DNA of 64,000 bases from assembly GCA_051532035.1 (NCBI GenBank), contig JAOPTW010000010.1, forward strand, positions 1-64,000. The letters run 5' to 3'. A program made the position numbers and the translations under genes. The notes beneath the pieces are model-generated. The model searched no databases and was not told where the DNA came from. It saw nothing but the letters and a program-made list of their open reading frames with translations. This DNA comes from Fibrobacterales bacterium (GTDB lineage: Bacteria; Fibrobacterota; Fibrobacteria; Fibrobacterales; JAOPTW01). Each line of letters opens with the position of its first letter. Position 1 is the first letter of the stretch. Positions 56,153 through 64,000 of this stretch are shown here, one piece after another.

Positions 56153-57955
56153 ATGAACAGCCCTACAGAAAATATCAGAAATTTTTCAATCATTGCCCAT
56201 ATTGATCATGGAAAGTCGACACTTGCCGACCGACTCATCGAAACAACCCAGACCGTTCAAAAAATGAACATGCAAGCGCAGCTTCTTGACGACATGGAAC
56301 TCGAGCGAGAACGGGGAATTACGATTAAGTCACATGCCATTAAAATGAATTACACAAGAAATGGTACAACCTATCAGCTCAATATGATTGACACTCCAGG
56401 TCACGTTGATTTTACCTATGAAGTATCGCGGTCTTTAGCAGCGTGTGAAGGTGCAATTCTCATTGTTGACGCGACTCAAGGTATCGAAGCACAAACCCTT
56501 TCGAATCTCTACCTTGCCCTCGATAATAATCTAGAAATTCTGCCCGTCATTAATAAAATCGACCTTCCGAGTGCGATGCCCGACGAAATTGCCGAAAAAG
56601 TAGCCGATCTTATTGGGTGCGACCCTAGCGACATTCCTCAGATTTCTGCAAAGAATGGTATCGGCATCGAAACAGTATTAGATAAAATTATCGATGTTAT
56701 TCCTGCACCCTCTGGCGACCCAAAGGCACCGCTTAAAGCGCTTATATTTGACTCAATCTACGATTCGTATCGTGGTGTCATCTCTTATATCCGTGTATTT
56801 GAAGGGACTATTGCTGCGAAAAAGCCATTTGTATCCATGATGACCGGTTCCGAATATATGTGTTCTGAACTCGGAACCTTTTCAATGAAAAGAGATGCAC
56901 AGAAGCAGCTTTCTGCGGGAGAGGTTGGCTATATTCAAGCAAATATTAAAGATATTGGCGATGTTAAGATTGGTGACACACTTACCAACTTAGACAACCC
57001 TGCTACCGAAGCACTCACTGGATACAAAGAAATTCAACCCATGATCTTTTCTGGTATTTATCCAGTTGATCCTGATGATTATAAGGTCCTTCGAGAAGCC
57101 CTTGAAAAGTTAAAACTTAATGACGCAGCCCTCTCTTGGGAGCCTGAAACGTCTGAAGCACTTGGATTTGGCTTCAGATCTGGATTTCTTGGTCTTCTCC
57201 ATATGGAAATCGTTCAAGAACGGCTTGATCGCGAATTTAATGTAAATATTATTACTACTATGCCCAATGTGGAGTACCATGTCCACATGAGAGATGGTTC
57301 AATGCTAAAAATTGAAAACCCATCAAAACTCCCTGATTCAGGTAAATATGAGTACATTGAGGAGCCGTATATCTCTGCTCAGATATTTACTCCTAAAGAT
57401 TATGTGGGAACCATTATGAAGCTCTCGGAAGATAAACGCGGGAATTTTGTAAACATGGACTACATAGATGAAACTAAAGTAAATCTTAAATATGAATTCC
57501 CTCTGGGTGAAATAATGTTTGATTTTTATGATAAACTTAAATCTATATCTCAAGGCTATGCCGGTTTTGACTATGAGCCTATTGAATATAGACGGTCTGA
57601 CTTAGTAAAACTCGATACGCTTCTCAATAATGAAACAGTAGATGCGTTTTCTCACATTATCCACAAAGACAAAGCCTACTATCACGGACAAGCACTCTGT
57701 ACCAAATTAAAAGAGCTTATACCGCGACAACAATTTGATGTGCCGATTCAATCAGCAGTAGGTACCCGTATTATTTCTCGATCAACGGTTAAAGCATTGC
57801 GTAAAAATGTTACCGCAAAATGTTATGGGGGAGACATCTCACGTAAGAGAAAACTCCTTGAGAAACAGAAAGAGGGTAAAAAGCGTATGAAATCTGTTGG
57901 TACAGTAGAGGTACCACAGGAAGCATTTTTGGCAGTCCTTAAACTTGACGATTAA
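56153..57955 (+). CDS. lepA: Elongation factor 4
   Basis: [56 protein letters not shown]. Confidence 0.99.
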   Translation: MNSPTENIRNFSIIAHIDHGKSTLADRLIETTQTVQKMNMQAQLLDDMELERERGITIKSHAIKMNYTRNGTTYQLNMIDTPGHVDFTYEVSRSLAACEGAILIVDATQGIEAQTLSNLYLALDNNLEILPVINKIDLPSAMPDEIAEKVADLIGCDPSDIPQISAKNGIGIETVLDKIIDVIPAPSGDPKAPLKALIFDSIYDSYRGVISYIRVFEGTIAAKKPFVSMMTGSEYMCSELGTFSMKRDAQKQLSAGEVGYIQANIKDIGDVKIGDTLTNLDNPATEALTGYKEIQPMIFSGIYPVDPDDYKVLREALEKLKLNDAALSWEPETSEALGFGFRSGFLGLLHMEIVQERLDREFNVNIITTMPNVEYHVHMRDGSMLKIENPSKLPDSGKYEYIEEPYISAQIFTPKDYVGTIMKLSEDKRGNFVNMDYIDETKVNLKYEFPLGEIMFDFYDKLKSISQGYAGFDYEPIEYRRSDLVKLDTLLNNETVDAFSHIIHKDKAYYHGQALCTKLKELIPRQQFDVPIQSAVGTRIISRSTVKALRKNVTAKCYGGDISRKRKLLEKQKEGKKRMKSVGTVEVPQEAFLAVLKLDD

Positions 57956-57968
57956 TACTGGAGCATAT

Positions 57969-58238
57969 ATGTCTACTATCCAAAACTATAGAGATGAAAT
58001 TGATGAAATTGAAAAACAACTTCTTACCATTCTTAATCGAAGAGCTGAGCTTGCTATAAAAATTGGTGAAATTAAACGAGTCGATGATATCCCAATATTT
58101 GACCCAATCCGCGAAGATGAAATTTTAGATAGAGTCGCTGGCAACAACCCAGGACCCCTATCAACCGAATCAATCAAAGAGATATTTTTAACTATTATTA
58201 CTCATACTAGAAACCTTGAAGCCGAGCATAATTCGTGA
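57969..58238 (+). CDS. Monofunctional chorismate mutase (AroQ type; start trimmed to MSTIQ)
   Basis: YRDEIDEIE..LL..LNRRA....IG.IK...PIFDPIRE; GGAG SD before 57969. Confidence 0.9.
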   Translation: MSTIQNYRDEIDEIEKQLLTILNRRAELAIKIGEIKRVDDIPIFDPIREDEILDRVAGNNPGPLSTESIKEIFLTIITHTRNLEAEHNS

Positions 58239-59383
58239 AGAACGGGAGCAGTGAAAAAACCATAGTGATTGTAGGCCTCGGCCTACTTGGTAGTTCTATT
58301 GCCCTCAATTTAAAACATCAGAATAGTAAAAGTTCATTCTACAAGGTTATTGGTATATCTCGCGATGTCACTATTGCAAAAGCTACTGATCAAAAACTCA
58401 TCGATGAAGGCTATACCTATGATCAGCTCAGTGAGTGGAAATCTAAAGCTGATCTGATAATACTCTGCACTCCCATTACTCACATAATGAACTTCATGAA
58501 AACCCTTGCAGAGGACAGTACCCCATTCAAATCTGGTGCAATCATCACTGATGTTGGCAGTACTAAAAAAGAGTTGTGTGAACTGGGGCAAAAATTATAT
58601 CCTAAAAGTTCGAACAGTGCACTCTTTATAGGCAGTCACCCTATGGCAGGATCTGAAAAAACGGGAATTGATGCACAAGAGTCAACGCTCTACGAAAACA
58701 GTTACTGGATTCTCTGCCCACCATCAGCAACAGACCCTTCTGAATATAGTCTGCTTACGACTATAGTAGAAGCACTGGGGAGCCATATTGTTACCATTAA
58801 TGCCGCCGAACACGATGCAGTAATGGGTCGCTTAAGTCACTCAGTACAGATTATATCAAGCGCACTTGCTCACTCCTTTGGCAACCAAACAGCGGTCTCT
58901 CAAGATTCGCTTCAGCTTGCAGGGAGAGCCTTTAGAGACATGACTCGCATAGCAGCATCAGGTTACTCAATGTGGGAGAGTATCTTTAAAACAAATAGAA
59001 CCGAAACAGTTGCAGCACTTGAGGGTTTTCAGCAAAGTCTTGCTGATTTTAAAGCATGCCTCGAGTCAGATGAAATCGATAAATCAAAGCTTGAATCACT
59101 TTTTTCTCTTGGTGCAGATGTACGTTCCCATGTCTCGAACCCGGGCAAAGGGTTCTCTCATGGACTCTGTGAACTTATTGTCACTATGGAGGACCAGCCT
59201 GGCATGATTGCCTCCATAGTAACTCCTCTCAGTAGTGCAGGCATAAACATACGAGATATAGAACTACTCAAAGTACGAGAAGGCGTTGGAGGAACACTCC
59301 TTCTTGGATTTGACACCCAAAATGAAGCCACAGAGGCTCAGGAACTGTTATTAGGTAAAAACATAACCAGTAGATTGAGGTAA
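58235..59383 (+). CDS. tyrA: Prephenate/arogenate dehydrogenase with C-terminal ACT domain
   Basis: GLGLLGSS, TDVGSTK, HPMAGSE, EHD, SH, FRDMTRIA, DQPG. Confidence 0.92.
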   Translation: MKNGSSEKTIVIVGLGLLGSSIALNLKHQNSKSSFYKVIGISRDVTIAKATDQKLIDEGYTYDQLSEWKSKADLIILCTPITHIMNFMKTLAEDSTPFKSGAIITDVGSTKKELCELGQKLYPKSSNSALFIGSHPMAGSEKTGIDAQESTLYENSYWILCPPSATDPSEYSLLTTIVEALGSHIVTINAAEHDAVMGRLSHSVQIISSALAHSFGNQTAVSQDSLQLAGRAFRDMTRIAASGYSMWESIFKTNRTETVAALEGFQQSLADFKACLESDEIDKSKLESLFSLGADVRSHVSNPGKGFSHGLCELIVTMEDQPGMIASIVTPLSSAGINIRDIELLKVREGVGGTLLLGFDTQNEATEAQELLLGKNITSRLR

Positions 59384-59384
59384 C

Positions 59385-60728
59385 ATGGAGATACAAAAGT
59401 CAAAAAAAATGGTCGGTACCATTTCTCTTCAAAATGATCGCGAGATGACACTCAATACCTTGATTATTGCGTCCCTCTGTAATGAAACAACAGAAATCAA
59501 AAACTTTTTCCTTCCACAATCACTCACTCCTTTTTTGACGATATTACAGAACATTGGCGTGAAAACCACATTTGTGAAAGATACTCTTATAGTTGAAGGT
59601 ACTGGTATTCAACCACGTACACTCGGTGATGTTGAATTAACACTTCTTGATTCTGACTATGCAAATGCACTCCTTATTACTTATATTGGCGCCCAACACT
59701 TTGACTTTCTCCATATTGCAGGGAGTGAAATTCAAAAAGAATCTTCAAAAACGCTCATTGGGAACCTCCCCTATCTCATCATTGGAGAAGAAAATGAACG
59801 TGGGTATTTTGTTACGAAAGAGAGTGACTATATTCACCGTGATACGGTTAAGTCAACTCACTATATCCATAAAGCACAACGCATCCTTTCGGCCCTCATT
59901 AATCAGCAGTCATTGACTCTTTCGGAAAAAGCCCCCCTGAGAGACCAACTGGTCAACACCATGAAAGCATTTAATGCCCCGATTGATATTGAACGTACTG
60001 GTTTTCAGGTCTATGAAACAGAGCTTGAACGTCGTATGGCACAACTGAGTAAAGTTAAAGTGGAGAAAGAGGTTAAGACAACTCTCAAACCCGCTCAGTC
60101 ACTGACACCTCGTAAAATTGAACTTTTTGGTGACCCTACCCTTGCAGCCTACTTTGCTGTTGCAGCGTTACTGATACCTGCATCTGACCTCTCAATTGAA
60201 AATGTACTCGCAAGCTCAACCCGATCAGGCGTATTTAATGCCCTCAGAAGGTTTGGTGCCAATGTTGAGATCACTAAAAAACGAGAAAAACATGGTGAGT
60301 CTTATTGTACCGTTAAGGTCAAATATTCAAAGACCTTAGTGGGCCGTAAGTTTGGCGGCGATGCCACTCCATCTTACTATGAAGAGATCCCTTTTATTGC
60401 AGTGGTAGCCTCGTTTGCTCAGGGTGAATCTATTATTAGAAACCTGCCAGAAGGCGACCCAATCATAAATAAAATTGTTACCAATTTAAGACTGGCTGGT
60501 GTTGATGTTGGGGAAATAGAAGATGGATTAGTTATCCGAGGCCGGCTTGAGTGTGATGCTTCAAATTTTGATGCCTACAACATTCCCGTTCTTGCTCTTG
60601 CCCTCCATGCTCTTGCGATTACATGCCATGGGGGATCGACCTTAATTAATGGAGAAGATGAGATACTCTCTCTCTTTCCTCATTACATGAATGATTTTTC
60701 CAAGGAGGAGCTTGATGAAGTTCAATAG
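59385..60728 (+). CDS. EPSP-synthase (AroA) fold protein lacking the canonical catalytic motifs
   Basis: AroA length, scaffold (GDPTLAAYF, SSTRSG, EEIPFIAVVASFAQGES, EIEDGLVIRG) and position after tyrA; active-site motifs replaced. Confidence 0.8.
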   Translation: MEIQKSKKMVGTISLQNDREMTLNTLIIASLCNETTEIKNFFLPQSLTPFLTILQNIGVKTTFVKDTLIVEGTGIQPRTLGDVELTLLDSDYANALLITYIGAQHFDFLHIAGSEIQKESSKTLIGNLPYLIIGEENERGYFVTKESDYIHRDTVKSTHYIHKAQRILSALINQQSLTLSEKAPLRDQLVNTMKAFNAPIDIERTGFQVYETELERRMAQLSKVKVEKEVKTTLKPAQSLTPRKIELFGDPTLAAYFAVAALLIPASDLSIENVLASSTRSGVFNALRRFGANVEITKKREKHGESYCTVKVKYSKTLVGRKFGGDATPSYYEEIPFIAVVASFAQGESIIRNLPEGDPIINKIVTNLRLAGVDVGEIEDGLVIRGRLECDASNFDAYNIPVLALALHALAITCHGGSTLINGEDEILSLFPHYMNDFSKEELDEVQ

Positions 60729-61581
60729 TATTGGTGTTGTTGCCTATTCGAATGACCCTTTATTGGGTAAAGCTCTTGATACTATCGTATCATGGTCCAA
60801 AAAGCAGGACAATCTTCGTATTATGATACAGGAGCATATTGAGTATAGCTCTGATGATGTCGAATTAACTAAAGACGATGATATTCGTGAAGCAGATGTT
60901 ATTATCTCTATTGGTGGTGATGGTACCTTTCTCACCGCAGCTCGTATTGTTGCAGGTAAAGAGACCCCCATTCTTGGTATTAATTTAGGTACCGTAGGTT
61001 TTTTGACCGATTACCCTATAACCTTTCTTGAAGATGCCCTTAAAGACCTCAAACGTAAAGAATTTAAAGTTCGTGATAGAATTATGCTTAACCTGACAAT
61101 AATTGACAAGGATAAGATTCTATATTCTAACTATGCCCTTAATGAAGTCCTGCTTAAGCCAGTTAAATCCCAAATGAATAATCTCTCAGTCACTATTGAT
61201 GATAAACATTTGACCGTCTACAAAGCCGATTCATTAATGATATCGACTCCTACTGGTTCAACAGCCTACAATTTGGCTGCAGGCGGCCCTATTGTCTACC
61301 CTAAGACACAGGCGCTTATAATTAATCCTATCAACCCCTCATCGTTGACCGTTCGCCCCATGATTATTCCGGCAGAATCAGAGATCACCATCACTGAAGC
61401 TAAATCAGAACCGTTACAACTTGTAATGGATGGACGTGTGACCTTTACGATGAAAAAGGGGTGTACTATCATTATAAAGAAAAGTAAATGGTGTACCCGA
61501 ATAGTACGTTCACCGCAATATGGATTTATGGACGCCCTCAAAGATAAACTAGGCTGGTCGGGCCAACCCCACATCAATTAA
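60715..61581 (+). CDS. nadK: NAD kinase (start trimmed to MKFNSIG)
   Basis: GGDGTFL, GINLGTVGFL, ALNE, STPTGSTAYNLAAGGP; AAGGAGG SD. Confidence 0.95.
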   Translation: MKFNSIGVVAYSNDPLLGKALDTIVSWSKKQDNLRIMIQEHIEYSSDDVELTKDDDIREADVIISIGGDGTFLTAARIVAGKETPILGINLGTVGFLTDYPITFLEDALKDLKRKEFKVRDRIMLNLTIIDKDKILYSNYALNEVLLKPVKSQMNNLSVTIDDKHLTVYKADSLMISTPTGSTAYNLAAGGPIVYPKTQALIINPINPSSLTVRPMIIPAESEITITEAKSEPLQLVMDGRVTFTMKKGCTIIIKKSKWCTRIVRSPQYGFMDALKDKLGWSGQPHIN

Positions 61582-61593
61582 AGGAAATGAGCA

Positions 61594-63252
61594 ATGTTAG
61601 TAGAGCTTAAAATTAAAAACCTTGTGCTTATAGAGGAGCTCACACTCAACTTCAAAAATGGCCTTGTTGCAGTAACCGGTGAGACCGGTGCTGGTAAGTC
61701 TATTTTTCTCTCATCTCTAAAACTTCTGAGCGGTATCAAAGCAAGTAGCCAGATGATCCGCCAAGGAACTGACAAAACGACTGTTGAAGGTACCTTTAAC
61801 ATCAGTGACTTTCCCGAGATTAAAACCTACCTAAAAGCAATTGATATTGAAGATGATGACGAAATTATTATCCATAGAGAAATATTTGCAAACGGTAAAT
61901 CAAAAGCACGGATCAATGGAACGCTTGTTAATTTGGGTGACTTGCAGAAGTTAGGGCCCCAATTGATTCAGCTTCATGGTCAAAGTGAGCAGACACTTCT
62001 CAAGGATATTAAAACTCATATAGATGTTCTTGATAATTACGGTCAACACAGTTCACTTTTAGAAAAATATAGCACTGAGTATCGGGCTGTTCAAAAAATT
62101 CAACGGAAGTTAGATGACCTCTCTGCCCAAGTCAAAAGCCTTGCGGAACAGGAAGATTTTTTAAAGTTTCAGTTTAAAGAACTCGAAGATGCTGACCTTA
62201 AAGAAAATGAAGATGTTGAGATTGAATCAATTCTGTCGGAACTGGGGAATTTTGAAGATATCAGTCGATTGAAGAATGAGTCTGAATACCTTCTTGATAC
62301 CGCACAAGAGAGTATCCTTTCAAAATTAAGCTCACTACAACAGATGGTCATGAAGCTTGATGGCTTTTCTGATAACTTTAGTGAAACACCACAACTGGTA
62401 CAAAGCCTCATAGAAGGTGCAGAAGAACTAAAAATAAAACTTCAGTCAGTTGATGTTACCAGTGAATACTCCCCATCCCAGATTGATACTTTTAACAGTC
62501 GTCTTTCAAAAATTCAACGTCTCCAACGAAAATTTAAAACTGATGTAGCAGGACTTATAGAACTCCGTGAAAAGAGACGTGCAGAGATTGAGTCTATTAG
62601 CAATCAAGAGATCTCATTTAAAGATCTTGAGTTTGAAATTATAGAGAAAAAGAAAGTACTGACTGCACTTGCACTTAAAATTTCTAACGCTCGGAAAAAA
62701 TCTGCCAAAATACTGGATTCAGAGATCCAAGGTAATCTCAATAGCCTTGGCATGGAAGGCGCGACCTTCTTAACACAAATTATCGACAGTGAAAGCTTTG
62801 GCCCTCATGGTAAAGATAGTGTAGAATTTTATATTTCACCCAATGTTGGTGAAGGTGCAAAACCACTAAAATCGACTTTGAGCGGTGGTGAGCTTTCACG
62901 ATTTATGCTCAGCTTAAAATCGGCACTTGCCCAACGCGATAAAGTACCCGTACTCGTCTTTGATGAAGTTGATAGTGGTATCGGGGGGAATATTGCTCAC
63001 AATATTGCTGAATGCCTTAATACCCTTGGTCTCTATCATCAAGTATTTGCCATAACACACCTCCATCAGATTGCCGGTAAAGCGCGCCATCAGATCCAGG
63101 TTAAAAAACAGACTATTGATAGCAGAACACATACAACAGTTGTTACATTAACGAAAGAAGAACGCATCGAAGAGATTGCACGCATGATGGGGGGGCAAGA
63201 TTCCGAAGCAATTCGTGGTCATGCTGAAGAACTCATTGAAAAAGCGGTGTAA
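61594..63252 (+). CDS. recN: DNA repair protein RecN
   Basis: TGETGAGKS, LHGQ, LSGGELSR, FDEVDSGIGG, ITHLHQIA; follows nadK. Confidence 0.96.
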   Translation: MLVELKIKNLVLIEELTLNFKNGLVAVTGETGAGKSIFLSSLKLLSGIKASSQMIRQGTDKTTVEGTFNISDFPEIKTYLKAIDIEDDDEIIIHREIFANGKSKARINGTLVNLGDLQKLGPQLIQLHGQSEQTLLKDIKTHIDVLDNYGQHSSLLEKYSTEYRAVQKIQRKLDDLSAQVKSLAEQEDFLKFQFKELEDADLKENEDVEIESILSELGNFEDISRLKNESEYLLDTAQESILSKLSSLQQMVMKLDGFSDNFSETPQLVQSLIEGAEELKIKLQSVDVTSEYSPSQIDTFNSRLSKIQRLQRKFKTDVAGLIELREKRRAEIESISNQEISFKDLEFEIIEKKKVLTALALKISNARKKSAKILDSEIQGNLNSLGMEGATFLTQIIDSESFGPHGKDSVEFYISPNVGEGAKPLKSTLSGGELSRFMLSLKSALAQRDKVPVLVFDEVDSGIGGNIAHNIAECLNTLGLYHQVFAITHLHQIAGKARHQIQVKKQTIDSRTHTTVVTLTKEERIEEIARMMGGQDSEAIRGHAEELIEKAV

Positions 63253-63269
63253 TTAAATAGGTTTGTCCC

Positions 63270-64000
63270 ATGAATGATACACACTTGAAACCCAAACGTC
63301 TTAAGGGACGCATCTGGTGGATTACTCGCCTCACCCTGTTCCTTCCTATTCTCTATTTTATCTCAATGGGTCAACGCTGGGAGGCTTTTGCTGGCCTTAT
63401 GATTATGCTTGGCATGGGGTATTACTCAGCTTTTCAATTGAAATATGGTGAGATTGAAAAGCCCTATTACAAATTGTGGCTCAATATAATTGAAGCCTTT
63501 CTCTCTGTAGGAGTTCTCAGTTATATCCTCTTTATCTACCTCAAAGACCCCGAAAAAATGATTCCCGGGTTTCTCATTGGTGGTATTTCACTCTTAGTAG
63601 TTCGCATTATAAGTTTCACCATATTTACTATTGCTCTCATTCGTGAGAATAAACCACTCCACAATTCCCGTTTTTGGTCAAAAGTCTGCAAACTCTCTAT
63701 CATTGCAACAACAAGTGTCTACGTACTGGATATCGATAATTTTAAAGAGATCGCCATGGGGCTCACCATATTGCTCCTTCTTGCCTCGTCTCTTGCCTAC
63801 CTGTATGGCTATTATCGCGACCCTGATCATAGAAAACCCCTCAGTATAGCCTCTCAAATTACCGTAAGTCGCATTGTACTCACTCCTGTATTTATCCCCG
63901 TATTTTTCTACGACAACAACTTTAATTTTGAAGACAACAACAGTGTTTTTAAATGGCTTGCTCTTCTCATGGTCATAGTCTTCATGGCTACAGACTTTTT
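63270..64000 (+). CDS. CDP-alcohol phosphatidyltransferase (PgsA-like) preceded by an extra degenerate PgsA-like membrane domain; runs off the window
   Basis: Not in the ORF track. Hand translation MNDTHLKPKRLKGRIWWITRLTLFLP... is open to the edge and ends LSIASQITVSRIVLTPVF...VFMATDF (typical PgsA N-terminus leading into DxxDG). Confidence 0.75.
   Translation, partial: MNDTHLKPKRLKGRIWWITRLTLFLPILYFISMGQRWEAFAGLMIMLGMGYYSAFQLKYGEIEKPYYKLWLNIIEAFLSVGVLSYILFIYLKDPEKMIPGFLIGGISLLVVRIISFTIFTIALIRENKPLHNSRFWSKVCKLSIIATTSVYVLDIDNFKEIAMGLTILLLLASSLAYLYGYYRDPDHRKPLSIASQITVSRIVLTPVFIPVFFYDNNFNFEDNNSVFKWLALLMVIVFMATDF

Noticed and set aside
60691..60714. Upstream start of nadK in the ORF track
   Set aside because: A strong AAGGAGG SD precedes the ATG at 60715.
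59385..60728. aroA as a pseudogene
   Set aside because: No stop or frameshift, full length and tightly coupled to its neighbours, so treated as a pseudoenzyme rather than a pseudogene.

Overview
AT-rich bacterial chromosomal window of mostly housekeeping genes. I saw no rRNA, tRNA, CRISPR array or mobile element. The secreted-protein architecture suggests an FCB-group organism, probably Fibrobacterota (inference). The left part (1-26.6 kb, nearly all minus strand) holds groES-groEL; a long operon uvrD/pcrA-gatC-kdsB-pyrG-comEA-pilM-like-pilN/O-like-rsmD-coaD-rhomboid-mpg-pfkB; the rib genes and nusB; a DUF2723/TMEM260-like membrane glycosyltransferase with two GT2 polyprenol-phosphate sugar synthases; and accA-trm112 followed by a TPR/acidic-repeat protein that the ORF track misses. 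The right part holds an orphan hicB, three large secreted proteins sharing a C-terminal GV(L/I)R domain (919, 1151 and 3082 aa), REC-STAS, hemN, two porins, PPi-dependent PEPCK, lolCE-lolD, a histone-H1-like/C4 zinc-finger protein, and lepA-chorismate mutase-tyrA-aroA-like-nadK-recN-pgsA-like. Best leads: (1) a candidate protein O-mannosylation system (TMEM260-like plus Ppm synthase), with dense D-(S/T)-(A/I/L/V/M/T) sequons in the secreted proteins; (2) an intact AroA that has lost its catalytic motifs; (3) a PgsA with a degenerate tandem copy; (4) a consensus sigma-54 promoter at groESL and a sigma-28 promoter at an orphan gene. All calls come from motif recognition by eye; no searches were run.
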